A program made the translations under genes and the position numbers. Shown in pieces: positions 1-13,340 of a stretch of DNA of 64,000 nt. The notes under the pieces were generated by a model. It was not told the DNA's origin and made no database searches. It worked only from the letters and a program-made list of their open reading frames with translations. The stretch is from Takakia lepidozioides (Eukaryota; Plantae; Bryophyta). The stretch spans positions 14,818,001 to 14,882,000 of the forward strand of contig CM060734.1 of the NCBI GenBank assembly GCA_030704615.1, in the 5' to 3' direction. Within the stretch, counting starts at the first letter, position 1; each line of letters opens with the position of its first letter.

Positions 1-789
1 TCTGCAGCAATATCTTGCCACTTCCCTTGTGAATGAAGAGGGAGAAGATCATGTGGTTACAGAGGTCTGTAAAGCCCCATATTTGCTTAGCCTGAAAATG
101 GCCCGTTTCATCCAAAACGGCGATACACATCCATAGTATAACTTTTCGGCATATAAAGTCGTTAAACCATTACAATTATATCTAGGTTAGGGTTAGTTTT
201 GGCTTGTGGCCACATCCTGGCCCTTTATCAGATCTAGGGTTACTAAGCGGCGCCGTGGGTTTTGGCTTGTGACGCCTCGCCACGCGGCGAGCAACTAAAG
301 CTAGGGCTTTTGTATAAAGACGGTGCCTTGACACAAGGTCAGGGCGGTGTATTCGGGTGTTAGTGTATATGTGATTTTGGTGTACAAGCTTTGGATGAGA
401 GCTCATGTGTGTCAGATCCTCGTGCTTGATCCTCCTCTCGTGCATTGCCTGCTCTTTCCGCTTGCCCCTTTGTTGTGAAAACTTGTTTCTTGAGAGGAAA
501 GGAGTATATGCTTCAGGCTCGTTTTGTGGTGGAGAGAAGCCGGGTAGTGTCTAGGTGTTTTAGCATCCACTGCCCGCTTTGACAACATTGTTAGGTTGTT
601 GAGGGATCTGCGCGCTAATCTTTTTATCGTTGCTCTCTAAATTTCAATCTTGTCTGATGGCCTCCAGCCACCTTGCGATGTTTTCTCCTGCTGTTTCGTA
701 TTTTCTTTCTCATCCTGCTCATTGTGCTGTGTTGCAGGACGATGGCCTCAGTGCGTAGTACTAGCTGTGTAGCACGCAGAGAGGGAGAA

Positions 790-1514
790 TGTCGTGGCCC
801 TTTGCCTTGAGGGCAGGGGGTCGGGACACAGAAGGGGCTGCCCCTGTGGTGGGGGCAGTAGCAGCGATAGGTACGGGGGCTGAAGCACCCTTGAGTGCCC
901 AAGGCACTCAAGGAGGCGGAGGCGCTCACTAGGTGGAGCCCCGCACACCGGGTTGCGGTGGGGGTGGCTCCACAAGGGGTGGTGGTAGCTTAGCGGGACT
1001 TAGTGGGGGTGGCATAGGACTCACCATGGGGTGGAGACCTCGTGGTGGGAGTCGTGGGGAGTCTTGGGACTCATCTCGGCCCAATGGGGCCGTGGTGAGT
1101 GGGCCAAGACTCACCGCAACTCACCACCGAGAGTCGAGGGTCTTCGTGGTGGTTCACCATAAAATGGCATGGTTGTTTGTGAAACCCCCGCGGACAGCTA
1201 CAAAAGTATATATAGGGAGTAGTAACCCCGAGAACGGTGCAAGCCCGTTGGTGACCAAAAACTAGTGAGTAAGCGAGCGAGCCGGAAAGCGACCAAAGAG
1301 TGGGGAGCTGTTCCGGACTGCCATCTACCAAAGGGAATTCCCGCTAGGCCCAAATTGGTGGAGGGTCTTTCGAGAGATCGAAGGGGGACCGTTATGCCCC
1401 GGTGAGCAGCCGAAGCTCCAAGTTGGCCCGGCGGCCAGGTTGGGAGTCAGGCGCGCGCATCAAAGCGAGTAACAATGACTTGAAGGGGAGCTTACCGAAG
1501 TGAGGTGCGCGACA
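790..1514 (+). repeat. 5' LTR (725 bp) of the truncated chromovirus copy
   Basis: TG...CA termini with TGTCG/CGACA inverted ends; aligns by eye with the LTRs at 34242-34968 and 40486-41215; TATATATA near 1208; internal hairpin CCTTGAGTGCC/GGCACTCAAGG at about 889-913. Confidence 0.95.
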
Positions 1515-1516
1515 CT

Positions 1517-1528
1517 TGGTATCAGAGC
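1517..1528 (+). promoter_or_regulatory. Primer-binding site, tRNA-iMet
   Basis: TGGTATCAGAGC 2 nt after the LTR end. Confidence 0.93.
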
Positions 1529-1569
1529 TTAGAGTTCAGTACGCGATCGTCCTTGGGATTGGCCTCATC

Positions 1570-3530
1570 ATGGGGTCGGGCAAGCCAAAGCGAAAGCGGA
1601 ACGGCCCAAAAGATGATGATCCTGGTGAGCCCGATGGGGGCGACGTGTCACCGAGACGGCCGTTTGAGGAAGCGATGCATGTTTCCGAAAATGAGGCCGC
1701 TCAAGAGCGGGAGGAATCTGAGGAGTCGGAGCCCGAGGAATCCCTGAGAGCTCCGACCGACCAACAGATGCATCCCATGCCGGCAGCCTTTTGGGAAGGG
1801 TTGTTGGCGCAATTTGGCGGGACGTTGAAAGACGTGTTGAAGGCGGCTAATGCCACTTCCACTAAGACAAAGTTTAAGGTGAAGCCTAAGGAACCCGGCA
1901 CCTTCGAGGGCGTCCAAAATCGGAAGGCACTCAACACCTGGCTCTTGGAGCTAGAGCAGTACTTCCGGGCGGCCAAGTTGAGTGACGAGGATCGGGTGGA
2001 AGTGGCTCCCACCTATTTGAGGGGCTATGCTCAACAATGGTGGCAGAAACGCCTTCACGACCGAGGTCCAAGCCCGGAAACCTTGAGGAGTGGGTTCAAG
2101 GAATTGATGAAGAGGCAGTTTGTGCCCCTCAACGCGTCCTGGCTTGCCTGGGACAAGATGAGGAATTTGAAGCAAACAGATGACATTCGGGGATATGTCC
2201 AGGCTTTCAATGTGCTATTGCTCGAAGTCGCGGACATGGCAGAACCAGAAATGGTCGACTGGCCCCATGGGCCAGGCGGAAGTTGGAGGAGAAGCCACCT
2301 AAACTTTGAACGAGGCAATTGAGAGGGCTGAATGTTTCTCGGATGTCCCTAGGGGTGAAAGACAAGGCCGTACGGAGCTGAACCACAAGAAGACCCGGCG
2401 GGAAGGTGACTCCTTCCGACCGGAAAAGAAGTGGGATAGGCCACGCGACGACAATGGCACGTGGAAATCAAAGGGAGGGCCTTCACACGTCAAGGCGGCA
2501 CCCAGTGCTTCGAAAGGAAAAGCGGGTGGAGCGGCCTATGGCGGACAGAAGGCGACCTTTGATGGAGTGTGTTTCAATTGCGGGGAGCCCGGGCACATGG
2601 CCAAGAAGTGCACGAAGCCCCGGCAATTGAACATGACTCGGGCGACCACAGAGTTGTCGGAAGATACCATCAGTCGCTTGGTGGAAGCGGTGGTTGCCAG
2701 GACTTGCAAGGTAGGCAATTTTTCTTTTGAGCTGTATCTGGAAACTAGTGCCTTACGTAAAGGGAGTCGGTTATTGTTCGTGGATGGGATAATATCCGGA
2801 ACTAACATGTCGTTGTTGGTGGACACAGGAGCGTCACACTCCTTCATGACACCGGCAACGGCACAAAAGCTGGGACTCCCGACAAGTGACGTGGGGGCCT
2901 CTATTGAGGTGCGTTCTGCCAAAGGAGAACCGCAATTGGCGACGAGGTTGGCGTTCGAGGTACCTCTTCAACTGGGGAGTTGGGAAGGACGTGAGAACTT
3001 CACCATCTGCGAGATCGATGGAGTGGATCTCATTTTGGGGATGACCTTTTTGAGCAAATCCGGAGCGGTCATAGATGGCCGCAAGAGAGTAGTCACGCTG
3101 CCATGTGGGAATGGTGGCGAGGTCTTACGAGCGTCGGAAACGCCCAAACCCGTGGGAGGGCGAATAAACCTTCTGTCAGCAAGGGAGTGGGCCGTGGAGG
3201 AGGTACACGAGCCCCAGTTTTTGCTTTACATTAGAGAAGTGAAGGGAGAAGGCGATGGGGAGCCGAGCCCAGATTGGATCAAGGGGATTTTGGAGAAATA
3301 CCAGGATGTGATGCCGGAGGATTTACCAAACGGCTTGCCACCGCGAAGAGGAGTTGACCACAAGATTGAGGTGATACTGGGATCGGAACCGCCTGCCAAG
3401 GCGCCTTATCAGTTGAGCCACAGAGAGTTGGTCGAGCTGAAGACTCAGCTCAAGGATCTAATGTCAAAGGGGTACATCCGGCCGAGTAAGTCACCCTACG
3501 GAGCCCCGGTGCTATTCGCAGGCAAGAAGG
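1570..3530 (+). pseudogene. gag-protease-(RT) polyprotein, frameshifted and truncated
   Basis: ORFs 1516..2322 and 2306..3538. Small deletions relative to the complete copy (ETL[NW]SG; EMV[FNFVAG]LAPW), the latter causing a frameshift. Confidence 0.9.
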
Positions 3531-3917
3531 TCAGATAATCCAACATGTGCTCAAAAGATCTGAGAAGATGGCGCAACCAATATGCTAGCTACTCAAGTGG
3601 TTAACGTACTCTTGAATGAATAGATAATTTAGGTTACTTTTAGATCCAAGATGGTTGCGAACTGATCAACGGTTTGGAAAATTGTGCAACGGATATTTTC
3701 GAGTTAGTTTGGCGAAATGCTGGAAAGAATTGAGCAAGGGGGGGCAGGAGAGAGAGCTCAAAGATTTTTTTACCTAAGTCCATGACAGCCAGGCCCACAA
3801 TATGTATCCTCGACGGCTATGTTGTGAGCTGATGACACTACTGAAATACAATCATTTCCTGCAATTGATCATGAATGCGATCAGAAGTTAAAAGGGTTTA
3901 GTCTGTCAACATGGAAA

Positions 3918-5465
3918 ATGATGACTTCAGGAGATTCAGAAACGAGTGGAAACGAATTTTTTCTTCCAGAGCCCGAGGGTGACATGGCTGACACCACACG
4001 AGGAGTTGTGGCGTTCCTACAGGCTCTAGTAGAAGGTAACACTTCAGTGGGAGGAAGTGAATCAGTGCAGCCAGGAATAGATGTCTTGGTGGAAGATGTC
4101 CAATTGGCACCAATCCGTCCCAGATCAGAGAACATGATGAACGTGTCAAGTTTGGGGTTTGATGAGCGACCAACAGCCTCAGCAAGTCAGCCGCCATACT
4201 TGGTCCCAAGATGTGTTGACCAACCACCCAAGACCATCTCACCAAAAGTTGTGGTCGATGAAGATACAACCGAGCTGGAGCCAAGAACCAGGAGAGCCAT
4301 GAACATGTATGGAGACTGGTTTTACCCTCGTCGGCATCATGCTTGTGTTGCCAACTATGATGGCCACGTGTCTGAGAAGCCAGACAGCTATGATGCAGCG
4401 CTAAATTATAGCGAAAGCGATGAGTGGAAAAAGGCTATGGTGGAGGAGTATCAATCACTCTTGGAGAATGGGACTTGGCAGCTCGAGCCTCTGCCACCTG
4501 GGAGAAAGAAAATCACATGCAAATGGGTGTATAAGCTTAAGCTTAACGTTGATGGAGGCATTGATCGCTTCAAGGCACGTCTGTGCGCCAGAGGTTACAC
4601 CCAGCGAGCCGACATTGATTACACCGAAACGTTTTCACCTGTTGCGAAATTTGATTCCATTCGCACGATATTGTCAGTTGCGACAGTGTTGGATTTAGAT
4701 ATCACGCAATTCAATGTAAAGACTGCGTTCCTCTATGGAGAAATCACCGAGGAAATCTATATGGAGCAACCGCGTGGTTCTGTTGATCCCAGCCAACCTA
4801 CAGCTGTCTGCCGACTCAAGAAATCCTTGTACGGGTTGCGGCAAGCTCTAGGGCATGGAATCGAAAATTCAACAAGCTTGTTCAGACCTATGGCTTAATT
4901 CCAAGCCCAACCGATCCTTGTGTGTATTATAGCACAACAGAACCCAAGCTCATTTTGGCGATATTTGTTGATGATGGTCTGATTTGCAGTCACAGATCAG
5001 ACAATGTCAATAATATTTTAGGCTACATGGGGAAGACGTTCAAAATTACACAAGGAGTGCTAGAGATATATGTTGGTCTTCACATCACGAGGGACCGTGC
5101 CATTCGTGTCATGCATGTCGATCAGACAAGGTACGTCATGCGTATGCTCCAAAAGTTTGGATTTTCAGATGCCCATTCAGTCTCTGTGCCTGCTGATCCA
5201 AACAGTCGCCTTGACGACATCACCAGACAAGATGAAGATACGATCACCACCTACCCCTACAAGGAGATTGTAGGCAGCCAAATGTTTGCATCTATGGGCA
5301 CTCGACCAGACATTTCTTTCTCGATGAGCAATGTGGCCCGTATCTATGCTGGAGATATTGATGACAGGAAATCTCAATCAGGGGTTGTGCTACTTCTCAA
5401 AGGAGGTCCTGTTGCATGGATGAGTCAAAAGCAACCATGCACCTCTAGGAGCACTACGGAGTCTG
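3918..5465 (+). pseudogene. Ty1/Copia reverse transcriptase and partial RNase H remnant
   Basis: WKKAMVEEYQSL, CKWVYKLK, RFKARLCARGYTQ, ETFSPVAK, VKTAFLYG, CRLKKSLYGLRQA, IFVDDGL, DRKSQSG...VAWMSQKQ...STTES; frameshift at about 4850 and an internal deletion; no LTRs recognised. Confidence 0.92.
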
Positions 5466-5469
5466 ATCT

Positions 5470-5917
5470 AGAAAGCCAGATGTGGTTTTGTTTTTGCTAA
5501 CAAATGGAGCACCGCTAGGGCTATATTGTTTATGGTTCACTCAGACTTAATGTCTTAATGCTAGGAAGGCTTGGCGAGGTTATTGGGGGAGCTCTATGCA
5601 GATGTGGCCCGAGAAAGAAGGACTCAACTTCTTGATGAGTTTGACAACTACTGGGGCAAAAGGGGGAAAAATCTGCACCAGGCAATCTGATACCCGAGTT
5701 CTCTGGAGTGACACCATCCCATCAGGCTTTATCAGACTCTTTCTTTGCAGACTGCTGCCCTTTGGTTACGAAGCAGTGGCTTCCACATCAGAACTTTGAT
5801 ATTGAGGTTATTTTTTCCTCATGATGCTATGCTTGTATCTTTCCCATTTAATTAAGTTGAACAGGGCCACATCCCCCTGTTCCGAAAAAAAAAAAAAAAA
5901 AAACAAAGAAAAAAAAA
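5470..5917 (+). mobile_element. 3' end fragment of a non-LTR (L1-like) retrotransposon with poly(A) tail
   Basis: ~33-nt A-rich tail at 5885-5917, preceded by a Trp-rich decayed coding stretch (LLDEFDNYWG...ICTR...RVLWS) that begins where Copia homology ends. Confidence 0.55.
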
Positions 5918-6968
5918 GGGACGGAGGCCCTGTAAATCACGTGTTTCTTGTGACTCCAGTTTCATTTTCCTGCCTTTAATAAAATTATCTTCTGCCTAAC
6001 CCGGCGCCACTTCGAGTCCAAGTTGTCTCACTGAAACTCTCCCATTTTAAAAAAAAATTGTTTTTGCATGAACTCAACGGAATATTTTCTTTGAGAGAAC
6101 TGAATAATAAACTACCGCACTCCAAACGGAGCCCCACATCCCCATCCCACCCATTTCCATTCAAGGAACGATAGGTATGCGCGACCGAATCTACCTACAT
6201 TTGGATTCTGTATTTTTTTTGTTAAATGGGAATTTGTGAGTTAACACGTCATCACATTGATCCATGTAGTCGATATGTTGAAGTTGCCTCATTGACTTCA
6301 ATAACAAGATCCGACACTAGAAGTGAGAGAGTCGACAGACGTCACCAAAGCACACATGAAAAAATATCCCTCCTTTTGGACATGACACAATCAGTCTCCA
6401 CGTCAGTTGAGAAGGTAGATAGCGAGTCACTGCGGTTGGCACTGTCACATATTTGTAGTGATCCATGTGGCACACAAGTTCCAACTTCCCACCCGCTAGC
6501 CTTATGGAAATCTGGGTCCGCGTAAATGTCTTGGTGAAAATTTCACCTCCCGCTTTTGTGGCTATCTCTTGTAGAGACTTTGCCGCGTGTTGAAGTCAAT
6601 GGTGAAAATGTGGTCAAAGTACCTTAATCCATGTCAAGGCTTCTCATTGGTGTGTTGTGCTGAGTTCATGCTCCCTAGTCTTACCTTCCTCTTTTATGTT
6701 TTGCCAAAGCAAGAGAGCGAGAGACCATGCGGTTGAGGCTTGTTACGTTACCGTTGTTCGTTGCTTCTTTTCCTCTGGGAGCATCTCATCTTCCAGACTG
6801 GAGAGCGAAAGCTTTCAAGATACTCTACGAAAGAAACCATCGAGGAGCTTTGGGAACATCATGCCGTCAGTTCACGTTTGTACAACTGTAAAGTATAGAG
6901 AGAAAATAAGTTAAGCCTTTAGTAGGGGGTAAGACAAGCGTGGTACGGACTAGATGGCCTGCGAGGGA

Positions 6969-7044
6969 GCCCTGCTACCGTTAATAGTAGGGGCTCAATA
7001 TATACCGAGCGGCAACGGAGCCCTACTATTAATGGTAGCAAGGC
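6969..7044. repeat. ~27-bp inverted repeat (hairpin) inside a ~185-bp MITE-like unit at 6928-7112
   Basis: GCCCTGCTACCGTTAATAGTAGGGGCTC ... GAGCCCTACTATTAATGGTAGCAAGGC; the unit is bounded by GGTAAG/CTTACC. Confidence 0.7.
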
Positions 7045-7299
7045 GGAATGCAAGGCACTATCTGGACGTAGCAGCTAGAGGGGGCAGCTTGCCAAGCCGT
7101 TACGACCTTACCACTTCAACCTAACTGATAAACTGTTAGGGTTTCTTATTAATAATTTGCACTAGTTTTGTGTTTAGCTTAGTTTATTATTATTATTATT
7201 ATTATTAGAGAAGAGGGCTTAGCCTCATAACTTTATTTGAATTATTTGACGGGAAAAAAATTTAAAACCATTTGATGCCCGAAGGCTGCCCTAAGGCTT

Positions 7300-10200
7300 A
7301 ACACACGACAGGGCGTGACGGATATCCCGATGTGAACTAGGAATGTACTGCAGAACCTTCTAGCAAGAAACAGATTACAAACCGATGACCGAAACCAGTT
7401 TCGAGAAAACAGAAATAACGTGGGACAAGCCCAATGCGTGTTTGTTGAGCTTTAAAGAGGCTCTGATGTTACGTTGTGCATAATAGATAAGCATGGGGGG
7501 CTAACCGCTCCTTGAAGAAGATTTCCCTCGCAATATAGAACCATTGTAGAGAGCAGAAAAGATCTAAGTGCAGAAGTGGAGAGGAGGGGAGATCTATCTG
7601 TAGAGCAGCTTGGTCCTTGTGCCAGGATTCAAATGCTAACAGTTGACATCCGGATTTGTCAACTCTGGGGAAGCGGAGAGGAGGGCTCTGTGGGTTGCCA
7701 TTGAGGGGGGATTTCTCCAGGCCAGACACAATCTCCCGATCCCGTGCATGTGCAGATGACGTCGTTTCTGCCTCAAGGAACTGATGAGGGCATGCTGCCG
7801 ATCTGGGTATTTGACGATGCCTACACGCACTTTTTCCCAAGCAAGTTTAGTTGCTATGGTAAGATCAAAACATATGTTTGTGAGTGTAGCAGTGCAGTGG
7901 AGTTAACATTGTCAAGGAACAGGAACATCTAGCTTTCCAGAGGTGCCATAGGATGTATCCCCTCAAGGTTATAGGAACAAGGGGGACAGTCAAGGAATGC
8001 ATAGCCAGTTAGTATATGCCATGTTTACCTCTGTAGTATCATATTGGGTAGGGTTTGCCTGAAGCCACCAACCCAGTATGAGGAGAAATGCAGGGGACGA
8101 CCATTTGAACATTTTAGTGTACAGGGCACAGCTGGGATACTTTTGACAAGGAATCGATGCCGGATGTTAGCCTTCTTGTACCCAGGGCTGCTTGAAGGGA
8201 TTCAGAGGAACTTGCCCACAAGTGGGCAATCTGAGAGTATCCTCTGGTTTCCCACTGTGCCCACCTTCTTGCTGAGTGCGCTTTGTAAGGGAGATGGGGT
8301 AGCCTCATTGAGGAAAGAGGTGTTGCCTCGTTGCTCTTGGAAAGATTTGTAGGTTCTGATTGAGCAGGAAGGGTCTTAAATTGTTTTTCCATGCTTCCCA
8401 GATTGAGGATCCCAAAGGTGTGAACCAATGGATTTGTGCCTAAACCCTTGGAGTTATCCATCTCATAGAGGGTCTCCATGGGGGTGACTTAGTGGGGAGC
8501 TGAGTGAGATAGCCTGCACCCTACCAGTTAACTTCCACCAGCCACCCTCTGGCCCAAGGAACTTGGTAACCATTTTCCCAAGAGTGCCTGGATTTGAGTT
8601 GCTGGATCAAGCACTCCCAGGCCTCCTTTTTTCTTAGGAAGGCAGATTTGTTTCCAGGAGACATGTGGTCTCTTGTTCTGGGTGGTCGATTGGGCCACCC
8701 AAATGAAGTTTCGATGCATCTATTAACCTCCCCAGAAATTCAGGGTCAGGCTTCAGATGGTTGCGAAATACCAGATCCCTGCCTGGAGGATCTGATTTGC
8801 GATGAGAGCCCTGCATGTTATGGTTAGAAAATGGGAGCCCCAGTACCAACTGTCTTTTAAGAGCTGTCAATGTAGGGCCAATTCTCTGCTTGTCTGTGAG
8901 GGTTGATTCCGAAAGTGTGGCCCAAGAGAGTAGTGGGTTCACCACCCCTTCAGCCAGAAGAGTCCAGGAATTTCCCCACGTGTGGTTGGAGGTTACCGAG
9001 CCTTGGGGGATTTGGATTATCCCCAAACTAGAAGGGCTTCTTTGGTTTTTTTAGACCAATTCACTCTGAAGACGAATACTTTGCAGAAGTGCCCTAGTGT
9101 TTCTTCTGCTGCTTGAAGTGTAGATGGAGTGGCATCCAAACACAGGAAGGTGTCGTTTCAAAACAAAGATTGAGTCCTTGACTTGGATTGAAATTTGCGC
9201 CACGGGGTTCCATAGGTGTAACCCTTGAATGGCAAAGTTTCTATCAAACAAGTAACCCAGGGCGTCGGCCACGAAGAGGAACAGAAATGGGGCAAGTGGG
9301 CATCCTTGTCTTACCAATCGGTGATTGTGAATGATGGATGTGAAGCTGAAAAGGCTTGGAGAGATGACCATTAACTATGACCCTACTGGTTGAGTGTTGC
9401 AGTAGGCTCATGACCCAATTACGGAATGCCTGGGGCAGCCCTACCCTAGCCAGAATCTCAAGAAGGAAGACCCAGTCTATTTTATCGAATGCCTTTTCAA
9501 AGTCCAACAACCAGAGCGCCAGAGCCTGTCCGGATGCTGTGGCAAAGTAAGTTGCCTCATGAGCTAGCAGTACATTATCCAAGAGGTATCTCCCCTTAAT
9601 GAAACCTGTCTGACCCATTCTAATCAGTGTGGGAAGGAGAGGCTGCAGACGGAGAGCCAAAGCTTTGGCTATTATTTTATAGGCCACATTCAAGAGAGTA
9701 ATTGGTCTATAGTTGTTGATGTCAGCCCTGTCTCCCTTTTTGAACAAGAGAGTTATTACCCCTTGGGCCATAGAGGAAGGCATGCTCCCGTCGGATTTAA
9801 TCCTATCGGCCATAGTGCAGAAGTCCTTGGAAATGTGAGGCCACATTGCCTTGTAGAACTCTACTGGCATGCCGTCAATACCCCGGGCTTTTTTGTTATT
9901 CATTTTGTCTAGAGAAAGATGAGGCTGAAGTTTAAGGGGCACCGCCGAGAGTACTTCGTCCAAATAAGCACGATGTTGGGGTTCCTTTGGATCCGCTTGG
10001 AAGAGCTTGGCAAAGTGGCCGAACGCTGCCTCACTCATAATCTTAGCGTCGGAGGATTTAGTACCCTGGTTGTCCAAGTATAGCTCGTGAACCCTCTGGA
10101 GAGACCTTTTAAGTTTGACTTTCTCGAAGAAGTATTTAGACATCTTTTCACCTTTTGCTTACCAGTTGATGCCTGCTTGCATCCGCATTTTCTGCTCTTG

Positions 10201-11306
10201 CTTGAGCTGGAACTTGTCTAGGTTTTGGCGGGCTTCCAGGTAGGTTTGGAAGGTATGGTCATCGCAGGTGTTGTTTTCTATTTGTTTCTGACATACAGTC
10301 AGGCACTTCTTGAGGGCCAGAATGCGTATCTTCTGGGCAGCAGATATGTCTTGACTCATGTCTTGGCTCGCCTTACATGCAGCTTGAAGTTTGAGGGTAA
10401 ATTTGAGAATAGGGCACGATATATCGTTGGTTGTTTTGTTCCATGCTAGTTCCAGGCCTAACTTGAAAGAGGGGATGAGGAGATGTGAAGTGTTGAGCTT
10501 GTAGATACCTCTACCTCTCCTACTTTCATAGGGCATGGAGAGAGAGGCTGAAATGATGGCATGATCGAACCCTTGAGCTATGGGTTCTTGCGGGTGACGG
10601 CTTGCTCCATTAGAGATTGTGATTGAGATATATATTCTATCCAATCTGGCCATGTAGAGGTCCTGGGAGGGGCGGTTGTTTGTCCAAGTGAAAAAAAGGT
10701 TATTCCTTCCTGGGGGGCTGGTGTTTGAGTCTATCTCCAAAAGGCTATGAGTTTGGAGGAGAGAGAGCCAAGGGGCCTCTTCATCAGGGTTAAGATGATG
10801 AGATGCCAAACCTCGTCTATCTTGGTTGTTGTCCACCATATTGAAATCTCCAGCCAGAATCCAAGAGTAGGCAGTTGGTTGTGAGGACATTTTTTTGGTT
10901 GATGAGGGCCCAGAGGTCAGCACGATCTAAGTAGGAGTTTGGAGCGTATATGTTAACAAAGCCTAGAGGGTCTGGTTGGCTGGGAAGTTTGAGAGAGCAG
11001 AACTGGACTCGGCCTGGCTCCCAAACTTCTTCCCTGAGGATGAACTGAAGTAGGGAGGGTGCAAGGAGGATGGTGGTACCCCCCCTTGAGCCGGCATGGG
11101 AAGGTTTCCATAGGGCAGCAGATGCTGGCTAGAGTTGGTCAGAGAGGTTAGAGATTTTTTGCTGGCAAAGCTTGTGTTTTTGGATGAACACGATGGCCTC
11201 CGGTCGTTGGAGTGGTGCCAACCAGGTGCGTAGTTTGATTTTTTTTTGTGTTTGCCTGGTCGGAGCCAATCCCCCTAATGTTCCACGAGTGAATACTAAC
11301 CTGCAT
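7300..11306 (-). pseudogene. L1 ORF2 (APE endonuclease, RT, C-terminal Zn-binding region), multiple frameshifts
   Basis: MQVSIHSWNIRG start, FVNIYAP, WILAGDFN, ARLDRIY, GIDGMPVEFY, NYRPITLLNVAYKIIAK, LDFEKAFD, VRQGCPLAPFLF, CLPKKKGGLGV; 3' end approximate. Confidence 0.9.
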
Positions 11307-11309
11307 CTT

Positions 11310-13340
11310 GAGGTATAGACAGGCTGAATGGGGTGAAGGTAGAGGCTTACATGAAGAGGGGGTGACTGAGTGGGAAGGGGCGTGGGCGAGGGCAGTGGTA
11401 GCACATGCTGGACAAGGTTGCTTCTCAACTGACGGGTGCTGTGATTCCGAGAAAGTGGATTTGTTAGGCTTGCCGTGGACAGGTGTGCGCGAGCGGGGCG
11501 CCGTTGCGCTTCCGCAGAAGAGGGAGGGTCCGGCCCGATGGGGTTGTAAGAAGGCTGGTGCTGATCCGTGAGCCTTCGTAGCTCGATGGCCTCGTTCTGT
11601 TCATGTACCTCGGCTTCCAGCGTTGCATGGAGGAGAGTGAATGAAGAATGGATGGTGTCTCTTGCCCGAATGGTTGCCAAGTTGGTGGTGGGGGGTTGGT
11701 CGTAGGGGGGAAGATGAATCCAGAGGCCCTTGCCTTGGGGGTGAGTTCCGAGCAGCGCTTTTTCCTCGATCAGTGCTAGAATCTGGGTTGATGGAGTAAG
11801 TTCCGAAACCAGGCCTGGATACTGTTCAACGTAGGCTCCCCAGGTGATGACTGTGTGGGCCTGCAGTGAATAGTTGGGTGAGTACTTCAGAAGAATGGAC
11901 TGGATTTTCTCCCTAAGAGTGGGGATGGGGTCCCCATCGATAGGGTAGGTAGCCATGAAGTACTGCACGTCCGCAGTGGCAATCCAGTGTGACTCCAGAG
12001 CGATCCCTTGTGGGGCAGTGGCGAGAAGAGCTGGTTGTGGCGTCCTTCGAAAAATGAGAGGAGTGATGCATGTTGCCTTTGGGGCAGACCCATGTAACAA
12101 TTGCGAGCAACCCCTCAGGGCCAAACTTGGAAATGACCGGAGCCTTGCACAGTTCCTAGCAATAACAGGGTTAATTGCAATTGTAGTTTTTCCTTCCTTT
12201 GATGTAGTCACTGTTGATTTTTGCCTTGTGTGGAAGTATGCCGGACTTGATCGGATCTGGGGTGGGGTGGCGGTGCAACTCCAGCCATGTGTGGAGCTGG
12301 TGCCAATACTGTAGCTGCCGCTTCTGCCATCATGGGATCCACGTGGTCTTTAAGCCTCTTTCCGGGAGGAGAGGTAGAAGATTGAGGCAGAAAAGAGTCC
12401 CAATTTCCTTGGTTGGGAAAGCGAGAGTCATTGTGTCGGCCTGCTACTTTCTGGACTGTAGCTGTTGGGGCTGCAACAACAGGGTCATTTCGATTTGCAT
12501 TAGTCTAGAATTGTCCTGAATTGAGATTGTGAGCCAGAGCATGTGCCTGTGAGCTGGGGGAGCCGTGCATGGAGGTTCTCTTGCGCTTAGCTTTTGGGCA
12601 GTTGACCCTCAAATGGCCTGTTTGGCCACAGGTGCAGCAAGCGGTAGATGAAGTGTCTTCAGTGATTTTTACTGAGAAATAATTACCTTCCCTGTCAATT
12701 GGCAGACGAATAAACTCAGGCAGCATGGCATCAGCTTGAGACCACAATCTTTGCAAAACCTATATCATGAATTTTTGATGCAATTGTTACCCCCCTCTAT
12801 GCTGGATGTTTTTTGAGAGCCTTTGTGCACATTTCCGGATCAAAAACCGAAAGGCAGCCCAAGAAAACTCCAAAGTGATTGCCTATATCTGGTAGGCAGA
12901 AGAGGTACTGATCCGGGATATATGGAAGAGCTATAATCCTGGGGGCCCATACTCTCCCGTTACGATTGCCCAGTGCCGCAGACCAGGGGAAAATATTAAC
13001 GTTGAATCCCTGGAGGTGTGGGTTAAATGAGAGGGCTCTATCCGCCGCTTCTTTTGAACCCAGCAGGATGGAATAGAAGCCTTTGCCCCTGGAGTGGCAG
13101 AACTGCTGCTTTATGTCCCCTGATCCCCCCAAGTGCTTGATTGCCCATTCTCTTGCTATATCTCTGTTTTTTTCCCGGGAAGTGCAGTAGCACCCCCATT
13201 CCCTGTATTTCGGTGACCATGTCATCGACGAATTCAAGGTCTACATCGACCAGTGGATCATTCTCAGACATTGCAAGCTGCAGAGCCGAGGGGGCCTTCG
13301 ATCGTTCCGGCATGGTGTCTGCAGCACCTTCCATGATTCC
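11310..13340 (-). pseudogene. L1 ORF1 (DUF4283-like region, CCHC knuckle, long C-terminal extension), fragmented
   Basis: ORFs 13038..13334, 12797..13237 (RGKGFYSILL), 12505..12756 (CCHC) and 11129..12211 lie collinear upstream of ORF2. Confidence 0.7.

Larger units (their letters stand above)
790..3530 (+). mobile_element. 3'-truncated Ty3/Gypsy chromovirus copy (5' LTR, PBS, gag, protease, start of RT); same family as 34242-41215
   Basis: LTR TGTCG...CGACA followed by PBS TGGTATCAGAGC. Translation is near-identical to the complete copy ([18 protein letters not shown], protease [10 protein letters not shown] start [12 protein letters not shown]). Similarity stops abruptly at about 3530. Confidence 0.95.

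Noticed and set aside
3531-3900. hAT transposase fragment (AHNM-like motif)
   Set aside because: Only a 4-residue resemblance among many stops.
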